NCBI GenBank assembly: GCA_001179505.1
Contig: CDMY01000831.1
Span: forward strand, 62,001-126,000
DNA: 64,000 bases
Source of the DNA: Vitrella brassicaformis CCMP3155
Lineage: Eukaryota; Protista; Chromerida
Direction: 5' to 3'
Of the stretch, positions 38,381 to 51,175 are shown piece after piece (positions within the stretch are counted from its first letter, which is position 1; each line of letters opens with the position of its first letter). The notes under the pieces are model-generated. The model had not been told where the DNA came from, made no database searches, and saw only the letters and a program-made list of their open reading frames with translations. The position numbers and the translations under genes are program-made.

Positions 38381-39044
38381 TCAGTCGTCGTCTCCTCCCG
38401 CCAGGAAGAGATGGCTCAGGGCGTCTACGGCGGTCATGCGGGAGGCGGGAGGGCACACCAACCTGACACACACACAGGCAGAGACAACACACAAAAGAAT
38501 GAGACATTGGATGCAGATTGCTATCTGTCTGTTCTGCTTACCTGGCCATGAAGGCGATAAATTGGTAGAAGTGTATGTCGTTTTCCTCCTCCATGAGGGG
38601 CGCCTTCGAGTCTTTCTGGTGCAGCAGCACATGGGCTGTTAGGCGTCTGATGATGGCGCCGGTGCTCGACCCACGGGCATCCGGCAGCTCCATGCCAATC
38701 TGCGAAGGACGTCGGCGATCCCCGGCCACTCCCCCTCCCTCGGCACGCCCATGACGCTGAAGATGTCTTGAAGCATGTGACGAGCATCATTATGGTATGG
38801 AAACAGACTCACACCGAAGGCCGCCTGACAGATGGACACAGAGAAGAGAGAGGAGTCACGTGATACCTCGCGTATTTGTTTGTGTGCATGGTGTGTCTCT
38901 CGCACCTACCTTGAAGGCCGTAGTGGCGACGGACCACATGTCTGTCTTGGCCGTGTTGTGGATGATCTCGGGGGAGTTTGTCTCTCTCCCTGCAGCAATG
39001 GAGACACACAAAGAAGGGACAGCATATGCATCTTTGTTGTGTGC

Positions 39045-39081
<37 letters not shown>

Positions 39082-41245
39082 AGTGTGTGTGTCTCGCTGA
39101 GTCGGTCCCTCCCATATCCATCCAGGCATCCACGCACTCATACAATCAGTAACTTAGTTAGTTAGTCAGTTATGTATGTGTGTAGTCAGTTGAGAGGAGT
39201 CCGCCGAGTCAGTCAATGTCTCAGACGGCCAGAGGAAGAGAATGAGGCAAAAGCAGCAAAAGGAAAACGCCACTGGTGGCGCCTCCCCATCTCTCGAGAA
39301 ATATCATGCGCCTCTTGTACGCAGAAGGGGTACAATGGCGCTTCCGCGCACGGGATGCCTTGTCTTGAGCGTCGGTCGGCGTGTCTGTGTCTGAGACACA
39401 CCGACTGTGGCTATGAGGCACACACTCGTGTGTCTTACGTGAGAAGACAGTTTGTGCAAGAGACACTTGTCTTTTCACAGCGTCGGAAGAGACACTGTCT
39501 CGTATCTTCTGCCGACCAAGTTTGGGGAACAAATACATGATTCATTTAGCGGCTCGACAGGTGCGGCTCGACAAGGGGCGGAACAATAACAACGTGGAGA
39601 CATCCATCCACCACACCTTTCTCCCTCACTGTCTGTCTGCCTGTCTGCCTGCCTGCCTGCCTGTCTGCCTGCCTGTCTGTCTCTCTCCCTGTCTGTCTCT
39701 CTCCCTGTCTGCCTGTCTGCCTGCCTGCCTGTCTGTCTCTCTGCCTGTCTGCCTGTCTGTCTGTCTGGCTCTCAGGCTCTCTCTCTCTCTCTCTGTTCAG
39801 GTTGTCTGTCTCCGCATGTCTCCAAGTCTGTGTATCTTGGGATTCTGCTCCTGGTCATGCGGCTGATCGATGGGACTCTAGCTTTGCCGACGCGCATGTC
39901 AGCAGTGCCATGAGGGCACGGGACATGTAGCGTTCATTCGACACGCCATGCCATCTCATGCCATTCCATTGCACTTCAGGACAACCCACAGATTCCACTC
40001 TTGGGAGAACCAAAGAGTTCTCACCTCATGAGCCGTGCACAAGCAAAGCTTGAGTGGCGATTGGCGATTTGCGGTGTCAAGGGCGGTTTGTGTGTCTGAG
40101 AGTTTCACCACATCTTCATGCACACGTAAGTCCTCGCTCACCCCAAGTCATAGGCAAGACGACACACAAACATACTATCAGACACGTAACGTAGATGACA
40201 GAGCAGTCCGACAAACGACACGCTATCATCACGCAATAACACATGACCATCCATGGTAGGGAGGGACCGACTCAGCGAGAGGATGTGTGTACATATTGGT
40301 ACGAATATAGAGAGCACTCACCATTTGCTGCAGCAGCCAGTGCCGCCTTGAGATGCACCTCCGGCGCCCGGTGGGATGGCGTCTGCATCTCAGTCTCCGT
40401 CACTCGACCGGTGTCGGCAACCTCTCGGCTATTGCCGAAGTCGGCAAGCTTGATCAACGTACACCCTTCTGCAGCAGACAAAGAGCAGACAGACAGCGGT
40501 CCATCCATGTGGGTGCAAGGTGTGAGCGTGGCGAGTGGTGTGTGTGTGTTGTACCTTGGTGTTTGACCAGGATATTCTCGGGCTTGATGTCGCAGTGCCA
40601 CACGCCGTTCTGCTCCAGATGGGCCATCGCAGACAGCAGCTGACGGAGCACCCGGCGCAGCACGGCGGGCGGGAGGCCCGCGGGGTAGGACTGACACCGG
40701 AAGCCGTGAAGTGAGTCGTCGCACAGCTCCATCATCAGAGCACCTTGGCAGCCTGGAGCCGTGGTCGCACACGTGCACGTCGCGATGAGCTTCACTACGT
40801 GCTTGTGACCACCAAGCAGCTCCATGAGGCGAACCTCCTTCCGGCAGGCTCTCACGGCGGATATCCTGGCGGCTGCGGAGTTGTCCTCTGTCTTGGCCTC
40901 CTTCACGGCGACCATCGTGCCCGTGCTTTGCTGGATGGCCTTGTAGACGTTCCCATTCCCTCCCTCGCCGAGCGAGGTCGGCATTCTGTAGGCAAAGTCA
41001 CATTCGCAGCTTCTGCAGGCACACACACACACACACACACACACAGGCAGGCAGGCACAGGCAGGTAGATACAGGTACGACGTGAGACACGAGTCAAGCA
41101 CCCCCTCCTGGCTGGTGTCTGCTTACGTGTCAGGGAAGTAGAGTGTAGTGTACTCGGTAGTGGTTGAGGCCGAACTGGAGTCAGAAGACCAACGGCGGAG
41201 TACGCAGCGCGTTGCCCGCTCTCCCTCTCGCTTCCTCTTGGCCAT
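38381..41245 (-). CDS. CMGC/CDK-like Ser/Thr protein kinase with an apparent frame break at 38700-38710
   Basis: LGEGGNGNVYKA, VAVKE, HCDIKPENIL, KLADFG, TPSHRAPE, DMWSV, LFP..IFSVMGVPREGEWPG and C-terminal PASRMTAVDALSHLFL. ATG at 41245. Contains a ~1.3-kb intron (about 38993-40322). Confidence 0.85.
39045..39080. repeat. Compound (AT)n(GT)n microsatellite
   Basis: Read directly from the sequence; lies in the long kinase intron. Confidence 0.9.
39629..39766. repeat. Degenerate (CTGC/CTGT)n tract
   Basis: About 140 bp of mixed CTGT/CTGC/CT units in the long kinase intron. Confidence 0.9.
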
Positions 41246-41587
41246 TTTCGATGTCAGAGTGCGTTGTGTCGTCGACAGAAACGACGCTCTGCACGGGAAG
41301 GTGGAATACCGCCTGTCTGAGTGAGGGGTGACCTTGTCGCTGTTACTCTGTTCCTCACGCGCTCAGAAACGGACTCAGAGAAACAGTACTGAAGCGAAAA
41401 GCTTCGCTTTGGACGAAGAATTTCGAGGGCTTGCCAGCCAGTAAATCCTACAGACGGCTCGCAACCTTGGAGAATTTGAGGACGACACTTTTTCCCTACA
41501 GTGGTCCACGTGGTCTCCAATCGGCTGGAGATAGCTTTCTCCACGGACAAGAAAGACAAAAAGGCGAATTTGGCGAGAAATCATTTC

Positions 41588-41694
41588 ATGAGACTGGCGA
41601 GAATGCGAGACGGCCAACTTTTGCGTGTCCCTACAAATTTTGAATATCCCTTCCCGCATCCTTCCGCCGCATCCTTCCGCCGCATCCTCTGCAC

Positions 41695-41728
<34 letters not shown>

Positions 41729-42722
41729 CCTGCGGCCGTTCCCATATCTCCTTCGCACCACACATCAGCCGCAGCCACCCGGGGGGCCACCCCACGTCCT
41801 CGTTCTGCGGTACATCACCGACAATGGACGTCTCGGGAGGTTGCTGATCTTCGTGCAGGACAAGAAGCAGGAGCTGGAGGGCAAGCCATCGACAGCCGAG
41901 GTCGATGGGATCCTTCCCGCGCTGGAAGACATCGTCAAGACCATCCAGGAACTCATGCCGCTGTCCGCCGAGGAGAGCAGCCGCCTTATGGCAGACGAAG
42001 TGGCCAGCCACCTCATGAGTAAGGGAACCAAATACACACACACACACACACATACAACCCACACGCATCTCTCTGCCTGTTCGTTGTGTTCAGCGATTGG
42101 CTTGAGGCGTTTCGCTGCGTATTGTGGAGAAGCACATGTGGGACTTTCAGATGCATCCCGGCCTGGGTGACATCGCCTCGGATCTGGGGGAGTTTTCGAA
42201 GGCGCACAAGCCGATTCCAGCCCCGAAAAAGTGCATCGAAGACAACATCATCCAGACGCGGCGCATGCACCAGAGAGAGAGGGGGGGGGGAGGGAGGGAG
42301 GCACATACACGGTGCACGGATGTTCCCCTCTATGTGTGCGCGCGTGTGCAAATCAGACAAGGAGGCTTTTGCCAATGTGATGCTGACGGCACTGATGCTG
42401 GAAATGCAGACGGTGGCTGAAGTCATTCCTCACGGGTGCGCATGCACATCTCGCACAGCTGAAGGGGGCGCCCAAACATGCCGCCCATCTACCCTGACCA
42501 TCCATACCAACAAGGTGAGTGACATGAAAACGCGGACGAGACCAGAAATGGTTGCTGGCAGCACGTGCTCTTTGCAGCCGCACGGCAGCGTATCGCGGGA
42601 CTGGACCGAACGCGACGACGGTCTCGACTACCCTGATGAATAATTTGCCGGCCAGCTGTAGGGACCTGTTTGATGCGACGCCGTGCTTCGCGTGGACCAA
42701 ATTGAAGACGTCATCTGAGTGA
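41588..42722 (+). CDS. Hypothetical protein
   Basis: Coding-like exons (HVLVLRYITDNGRLGRLLIFVQDKKQELEG..ALEDIVKTIQELMPLS; EKHMWDFQMHPGLGDIASDLGEF; KEAFANVMLTALMLEMQ) separated by CA/TG-rich introns. Both ends uncertain. Confidence 0.45.
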
Positions 42723-43029
42723 GCTAGTGGGGCTGGAAGTCCGGGAGAGGGAAAGAGAGAAAACACCAGACATCATTCTCCTCTCTTGTCTGTGTGTGGC
42801 TTGATTTGTCAGTTTGCCGTCGGTCGCCACGGTGAACTACAAGGCGGCGACGGACAGGAGGGTCAAAGCTTAGATTGTGTGAATGTGTGAATGTGTGACA
42901 TCAGTAAAAGCAAAATGTCCCCGCGCGACGCTCGGCCCTGCCCTGAATGTAAGGAAACCTTCCTCGCACATACGTCGGTCAACACCATTGAGTGCATCAT
43001 TGCTCCTGCTGTCTGTAGGCTAAGACACT

Positions 43030-46000
43030 GTGGTGGTGTGGATGGGCGAGAGGACCGTCCTGCCGGCACTCTGGTCTCCCAGCCTCCAGAAGCTCGCAGT
43101 GGGCAAGTTCCCACTCCCGGCCGCCTGGCTGGATATCGCGGAGCGGGAGACCAACGAGGAGCGAGCGGAGCGGGCCGCCCGACGGACGGCTGAAGTCAGC
43201 CGACCCGCCGCTGAGGAGGGCCGCCTGATGGAGCGCATCTATGCCCTGCCGCGCTCCCCCCACGAGGAGCCCATCTGCCCAGCAGTGCTGGCTAGGGGCG
43301 ACCTGGGGGAACAGGGCGTGACCGTGATGATGCGGCCCAAGAGGTGACAGCGGTGGGCCATGCAGCACCGCCGGAGCCCCTTCAGTCGGCCAGGGGGGTC
43401 TCGGGCCGCTGAGGAGGAAGCGGAGGCCGTCACCTTGACTCAAAGATGCAGGCGACGTCGGTGCTGGTGGTGGTGATGGGGTGGACAAGAGGCACCGTTA
43501 TTCGTGTGTTCGCTGTTCCAAGTTTGGATCACATAGCAACGTTCAGAAGGTCAGCCAAGAGAGAGAGAGAGAGAGAGATCGTCGCCTGCATGACGGATGG
43601 ATCTCTCCCACGGGCGCCTTCTTGGTGCTCCAGATGGTGACCCTGCTGCCCAATGCGTCGCCCTCACCCGAGCCGCCCCTCCGCATCAACCTGCTGCAGC
43701 TGATCGAGGCCGTCAGCGGCGCGTCATGGCCCGACACCGACGCCATCATGCGGCAGCTGGGGTTGCGGGAGCACCAGTGGGATGCGGGTGAGGCGCGTTG
43801 CCACCGCCTCACAAGAAGGAAAAGAAAGAGCAAAGCAGGCTTCTTTGCTTCCTGTGAAGAGAAAAGAAGCTTGGATTGTAGCTGTTTCGATGGAGGGTTC
43901 GGTGCACACCGACGCCAATCCGGCCACGGTGCCAGCAGCACACCCGCTACACGTGTCGGCTAGCCGACTACGAGTCGGCCTTCGAGACCACCGACCACAA
44001 AGCCGCACACGTGACCTACAACACGCTGGCGGACGTGCGCCCCTGCCGCACCCCGGCCCCTTTCACCGACCCCGCTGCCATCGTTGACGAGGCAGACGCC
44101 ACTCTGCGGCTCCTCAAGGGGGAGGGCCCAGTGGAGATGCCTTGCGGCCACGCCGGCACCGTCACCTACCACACGGCGTTGGCCTGCGTGGTGCTGCTAT
44201 GGGAGGAGTGGGAGACATTCAAGAGCGTGATGGACGTGGCGGCGTGTCCTGGACAGGGCACAGCGGGTGCGGCCCGACGACCCACGGCAGCAGCAGAAGG
44301 AGGTGGCCATCAAAGGGTGCGAGGACCTGATCGCAGGGCGGCCGATGAGGGGTCTCGTCTTCACGGCGCAGCACCGCTTGGAGCAGCTGAGGGTGCGGCT
44401 CAAGGAGGACGATCTGCCATGTCACCGATGATGCCTTACCAAGTTTCCTGCATCTCTGTCTCCGTCCCTCTCTGTCTGCAGGCTGCCTTCGCAGCAATAT
44501 CGCTGCCTACATTTTATATCCGAGAGTCTGTGTACGAGTGCATCGGTCCGTGCGTGTGTGTCCGGCTGGCTCGCCTGGAGATACGAGAGGAGGCGACGAG
44601 AAGAGAGAAGAAAGGCACAGGTACGACATGCATCAGGCAAGGAGGCAAGGAAGGACTGGTCACACGACGCAGTTCGTGTGCAGCCTCCAGATGGCGCTAT
44701 ACCTGCGTCGAGACGGCCGAGAGAGCGTCCACGACGTTCTCCGACACTGCGCCGACCAAGGGTGGATTCAGTTGCCTCCGGCCACCGAGCAGCAGCCCCA
44801 GTCCCAGCCCGCAGAGGGACCAGGGCACACCAAGCCCGTCCCCATTGCTGCCCTCAACGGCCGCATTGCCCGACGCGCCCTTTGTCGTGCCGCCACCATC
44901 GGTCACGTCACCGAGGACGCCCAAGCAAGACGTTTGCGTCGCCGAGGCCGCCCAGCAGGCCCTCGCCGACCCACAGCCACCAGCGGCACCGCAAGCAGCC
45001 GCAGAGGAGGGCACACCAAACCAAGCTGCTGCCGACGCCGAGGGACCCGCCAAGGAGGTGCAAATTGGACTGAGGATGTCATGTGTTGTGCGCGACGTCT
45101 CTGTCTCCCTGTCTTCAGGATCATATCGCTGCCTATACTTTATATTCTGATGGCTTTTTGACGACTCCGCCGCGTGCCGTGACTGGAAGACCTACCGCCT
45201 TGGTGTCATGCAACGGGTGCGCAAGGACCTCGAGGACTCATCCACCGGGAAGGTCGTCAAGGAAGAGGTGAGTGAGTGACGGAGGGCGGTCAGCCAGGCA
45301 GACAGGCATCCCCTCCACCCGTATGTCTCTGCTCATCTCATCCACCGTTCCCTTCCTCGTCCGTCATTGATTAGGGTGTTTTGACCTGGTTCGGCCAGTG
45401 GAACAAGCCGACCGGTGATGGCAGTAGGGGGGAACTTACCCCGGTGAGCAAATAGACGTCGACAAGACGAATGCATCAAGTATAGCACTTCTGATTGTCT
45501 TCGGTCTGTCACGTTGTTTATCAGGGGAGGCCAGTGACGGCGCCTTGGCGGCTGTGCATGGGGGAGCATCCCCGGTGTACGCGAGGCCCACACAGCCAGT
45601 CCCCCCACCAGCAGCAGCCAATCCACCACAGGCCCGCTACACGAGACCCGCATGGCCGGCAGCCCCACCACCAGCAGCAGCGCATCCACCGCACGCCCAC
45701 TACGCCAGGAGGCCAGCACACCCGGGATTCCCACCACCACCAGCAGCACCCGCTCCCAAGCTGCATCGCCCGCACACAGCCGCGTTCCCCACGCCAGCTG
45801 GTGTGCGTGAGCGGCGAGGTGGACGAGGGCTGGTACAAGAACCCCCACATGGGCTGCTGGGAATGGTGGGAGCGGAGCGAGACGGCACCCAATGTGTACG
45901 AGGTGAGGGCGGCCTACCAAGACGTGTCTATGACGGCCAAGGCCCTAGCGCGTGGGGCGGCAGACGGCGTGGAGGCAGCTGTGCGGGCATGCGTGAGGGG

Positions 46001-46139
46001 GGTCAAGGCGGCGGTAGGGATGCTGGGCTGCACGAGATGGGAAGGTATCTCTGTCTACATTTTATATTTTCGTGCGTCTAATCAGCTCAGACACCGGCAA
46101 CCCAAGTGGGCAAAGCAGAACATTCTGAGATACGCATAA
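43030..46139 (+). pseudogene. Degenerate multi-exon gene with at least three apparent frameshifts
   Basis: The protein-like frame switches near 43320-43340 (..GDLGEQG to AQEVTAVGHAAPPE..), near 44245 (..SVMDVAA to VLDRAQRVRPDDPRQQQKEVAIKGCEDLI..) and near 45790 (..TAAFPTP to QLVCVSGEVDEGWYKNPH..). No standard-length intron restores these frames. Confidence 0.5.
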
Positions 46140-46957
46140 GCTAAGGATATTTTCCTTGTGTGCTTGTCCTTCCCTCCTCTGGGTGTATTGTTCAGTGACC
46201 CATCCCATCTCACATTCGTGTTGGGTGTGTGTGGATGTTCTGATTGGGCTGATCGCGGCCATCTGTGGCCGCGCAACATCGCTGCCTGTATTTTATATCC
46301 GACAGTCTTTGCCAGCGTCAAAGCCCATCGTATATGTCCCTCGATACGCTGGACAGGCATTGCATTCGATGCGTCAGACCTCTGCTGCATCACACTGTAT
46401 TCATCAGACATGGATCGGTCAGACAGCGTATGTATGTATCCACACAAATCGCGACCCTTACCAATCTCATTGTATATCTGCCGGGTCACGTGCAACCGCC
46501 ACACACAAGTCCACACACCGACAGTGCTGCTCCTCTCAGCACTGCGTGCATCTTATCTTCTGCGGCGTTATTGTTGCCTGCAGCTGCTGATGTCGACGAT
46601 GCGGGGGAACGCAAGAATAGAGACCGATCAAAGATACTTGATTTGCAAAGATGGTGGCAGCATATAAGCAAGTCACACGGCGAGGGAGAGACGCCGGGGT
46701 CCGCGCATATTGAGCAGTGCTGTCTCGTGTTCGGTGTACTTGTGCAGCTTCGGAAGATCCATTCATTCACTGGTTCTCATTTCCTTCTCACCGCATGACC
46801 CAGTCACTCAGAGCGACAGACAGAGTCTGACAGACAGACAGACAAGGGAGAAAAGCACAGATATGCTAAGCACGACACGCGGCAGACGAACCGAGCGAGT
46901 TATATTTTTCCGTCCAATGCCATGCGCATCGCATCAAGGAATATCGCCATCCATCCC

Positions 46958-49190
46958 TCATGTGTTACCCCCATTCACGGCCGCGGGCGTCTCCTTCTCC
47001 TGCTCCTTTGCTATCGCCCCTCCCCGCAGCCTCAAGTCGACCCCGCGCCCCTCCCACCCCTCGAAGGTCACAAATTTCTGCCTTATTTCAGCCTCCTTGA
47101 GCTCGTCAGCTTCCCAGTTCCATGCGTCAACGAATGATGTGGCCTTCGCTGGGGGTGCCGGGCGATGGATGACGCGGGGGAAACGGGAAAGGTCGACATA
47201 GCCTGCATCGATGTCTCGAGCGGCCGCGAGAAACCGGCACAGATGGCAGGTACTGTCGGGGTAGTTGAGCGACAACAGACGGCGGAAAGAAGGAGACAAA
47301 GGCTCCTGAAGGCACAAACACAACATAAATTGGACATGAATGCATACACTCAGTGCCATGTGTGAGGGGAGGGGGGGTGTTGCATACTCGCTTCCAGCTG
47401 AGGTATTTGTTGTATTCCCGAGGGTGGCTGTCAAGGTAGCGCAGATAGTCTGCCAGCTTCCTGGGCGACTCAAAGTCTTCCGCCACGATATAGCTCTTCG
47501 GCGGGGGGGCGAAAGAGTGATGGTTGCTGACGCGAGAGAGAACAATGGGCACCGTCCCGGCAGACAGCGCCTGCATGGCATACAAATGGATGAATGAATG
47601 AGAGGACAATCGACAACCAGCAGGGGCTGACCTGGGCAAATTTCTCCGTCACGTAATCCGGGAGATTGGTGTTTTCAAAGGCGAGATGAAACTTGTGGCG
47701 GGACAGCAGAGCGTTCTTCTCACGCCCTCTGTTGGCCGTGAAGCGGTGTGACAAGAGACCCAAGACGTCGGACGCGTTTGCAGTGTGAACGCATTTCCCG
47801 AAAGAAGCGACGGGAATATGTCGCATCAGCTCCTGCATGTACCGGAGACGACCGTTGCTGCAGATGCCAGCGGAGACACAGCGATGCTCCTATGTTGCCC
47901 TGGTGTTCGTTGTCTCTGTCGTCCCTATCTTACTTGTCTCTGCAGTTCGAAATGAGAGCGCTGACGAGATGCTTGCCCGTTTTGGGGCGAGGGGGCGCCA
48001 GCCAATCATACGCCGACCAGCCCAAGTAGATCCTCGGGACATCGCTGTTGAGCTGCACCGTCATTTTCAAATCAAATCGGCTGCACGGGCACGGACACAA
48101 AAGGCAATACGGTACGTGTCTCATGGAGAGCAGAGGCAGACGTCCACCTACTTGAGGGTGTTTGCATCCTGCATCCAGTCTGCGACCTCCATTGTGTTGG
48201 CAGCCCAATACTGACAACAATCCCCTGCACCAATCCCTGTACGTGCGCCTCGTCCGCGGTGTCTCTCACCTGGTGTATTGGCTTGTCTTTCACCAGGCCC
48301 TTGGAAAAGTCACGATCATAAGCCCCAAAGACAATCGCGTCAGCCGCTATCCACTTCTTCCTGGCAACGAAAGGAGGAGACCAGAAGGTCCGTCCATCGC
48401 CCCATGAGATGCTGGCTCACTTGTTCTTGCTAAGGAAGCACGGCACATCGCAGTTCAACATGCCATCGTCAATTTGTAGCACGCCCGCCATCCCGATGTG
48501 AGCCGGAGGGTTTGCCCACTCCAGTATGACCACTGGGTCGCTCCGATTGACTGTGTAGAACCGCCAATCTATCCCATCAGCCTCATGTGCCGCCTCATCC
48601 CCCTTCCCGTCTCCTCTCAAGCGCCGCCTGTCATTCTCGCCATTGTATCCAGTTCTCCTCAGAGACATCCGTGACCGCCTTTTATTGTCATCGCGGCATT
48701 CGTATCGGTAGTCCCATCTGGTGACTGGCCCCAGCATCCGCGCGTTGGCCCGTCTCGGGTCACCAGCTGCCATGCGGTTCAGCTTCGACCGGCCGAACTG
48801 GGCGTACATTGCCGGCGTGGCATTCACTGCAAATGGCAAAGGGGCGAAGGGTCGGGGCAGCGAGTCATCGCAGGAAGGGAGGACGCGAGGCGGTTCGCGC
48901 TGAAAGGCTTTGAAGAGATGGCGGAGGAACGCCCTGAATACCTCGTCGAACAGGATGGTTTCATCGCCGTAGGCCATGGACAGGAAGTAGAGCTCTAAGA
49001 CAATGACGCTGATGGCACCGCAGAACGCAAGAAGCACGACAAATAGCAGTGATCGGGGACATTTTTCGCCTTTCCTGCGTTGTGCGGTGGCAGGGCTGGG
49101 AAGCCGCTGGACACCAATTCGCGGCAGATGAGGGCCAGAGGGAGATCTTGGCTTGTCAATGAGGGAGAGACGGAGCGAGTTTGACATCAT
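46958..49190 (-). CDS. Alpha-1,3/4-fucosyltransferase-like, glycosyltransferase family GT10 (type II membrane protein)
   Basis: N-terminal TM helix (LLFVVLLAFCGAISVIVLELYFL). GT10 signature HKFHLAFENTNLPDYVTEKFAQ|ALSAGTVPIV..SYIVAEDFESPRKLADYLRYLDSHPREYNKYLSWK. Confidence 0.9.
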
Positions 49191-49471
49191 TTTGGAGGAG
49201 AAGGACTAGTAGTGCATGCATGCTCCCCTCATGGGGGCCGCCCCCACCCCGATCGCGTAAAGCGGGAGGCACAGAGGAACGGATACATTCCCATTGAGGG
49301 ACCCGGGACGGAGAGCATGAAGGCCATTCAAGCTGTGAGCTTCGTCCAGGAGCAGGGCACAAGCAGGTCACCAACGAGCAAATCTCCCACTGCAAACAAA
49401 CCCCTCCCGAAGGGAAGCGAAGCTGCAAAGCGGAAGCCGAAGCGCAGCGTATCAGTGGTGAAGAGCGCTCC

Positions 49472-51142
49472 ATGGCAGAGCTGACCTTGCAATGGAATGC
49501 TCCCCCTTTTCCTTTTTCAGGTCGTCCCTCCTCTGGCAGAGTCGCCCCTTCCTGCCATCCCAGCTCCCAGGGCACCTTTCCAACGCGCACCTCGACGAAG
49601 AGAAACATTCTCCGAGGGCCCCGACGGGCGCCTATCCCCGAAAGGCATCATCAGTCCGCCTGCAATCGCCTCTCCTCGCCTCCACCTTTCAGGTGGGCCA
49701 GGCGATATCGCCCCGCGGGCTGGGAGGGAAAGTGACCCGATCGCACGGCGGCTGTCGGCTTCGAGGGAGCGCCGCGTGACGGAAGGGAGGGGTGAGAGGG
49801 CGGTGACGTCGCCGCCGGCGGACAGACAAGGACAGGTGCATGGATGGATTGGGGAAAGCGCAGCCGCAGTGCTGGATGTATGCACGAATGTGTCTGGCGG
49901 CAGGAGATGGCCCTCGAGTATCGGAGTCAGCGTCCGTCGAGCCGCACAACGCCTGGAGTCACGCCTTCCCACATGGATGAGGCAGAGGCGAGGAGAAAAG
50001 TGTCGGTCTTCGGGGTACGAAGAGACACGCAAGCATCATGGGGAGGAGAGAAGCTGACAAGGAATTCATCTCAACTGTTGCCTGCAGGCCCTCCGGACGA
50101 TGCTGAACCAGATTCCCACAGCAATGGTCATCGACCGAAGGCAAAGTGGGCGAACCAGCGTCGCCACCCTGGCCTACAGCCAGTCGATGGCTGTCGGCGG
50201 ATCGATTGACACCAGCCCTGGTGAGACACGACTCTCTCGTCGCGTCACTTGCTGACACAGACTGGTGGTTGACAGTTGGGACAGAGGACCTGCCGAGCCG
50301 GAAGCCGTCTGACTTTCGCGGGGGCCCAGCCAGAGGGAGGTACTCCCTTGTGCCCGAGGGGATGACACCGGAAGGGTTCGCCAGTACGAGGCTGGGAAGG
50401 AGGCTGGGCATGCTGCACGACTTGGTGGACTCTCTGGAGAAGGAGCTTGAAGAGAAGGTATGTCACGTCACAGCAACACTCGGATGGAATGATCGCATCA
50501 GGCATCACTCTGCGTGTGTGCAGGAGACTGCCTTGAGACGCATGACCGAGCGCTTCCAGCGGGCCAGTACGCTCAACCTTAGCCGAAGGCAAAGCGAGGA
50601 ACTATCCAGGGTACTTAGTTGCTCGCATCCAGAAACATACACCTACGATCAAAGACGTGTCTCTCTGACTGTGGCGCCAATGCTCTCCTGTTTGCAGCCG
50701 CGGCACGGCCGCACGCAGCCCACAGCGGATGAGTATGACGAGTTGGTGGAGGATGTCAACGACATGAGGGAGCAGCTGGAGGCCGCCAAGTCAGACAGAG
50801 ACAGACACGTTGACAACGTACGTACGCATCGGAGAGGCAGACAAGAAGAAATACACACACGGCAAGGCAACGTTTGTGTGTCGTGTGTGTCAGCTCAAGG
50901 CGCTGACGGTGCAGAACAATCACTTGCAAGTCCTCCTGGAGGAGGCTGAGATGAGGGCGAATGCGGCCGAGAGCGAACGACACACTGCGAGGAGAGAAAT
51001 GCATGTACGCGAGCAGCTCGCAACTCGCCATGTCACGACACAACTCCGCCCTGTGTCGATATCTGCAGGCCCTCAGGGAAGAGATCGATCGGCTGCAGGT
51101 CACGCGCCATCGAAGCAAACGCATGCGGCCGGCCGGCCACTT

Positions 51143-51175
<33 letters not shown>

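Noticed and set aside
43320-44270. Tiny GT-AG stretches (20 nt and 13 nt) that would repair the pseudogene frameshifts
   Set aside because: GT and AG are frequent enough that such pairs arise by chance, and no branch-point or consensus support is visible.
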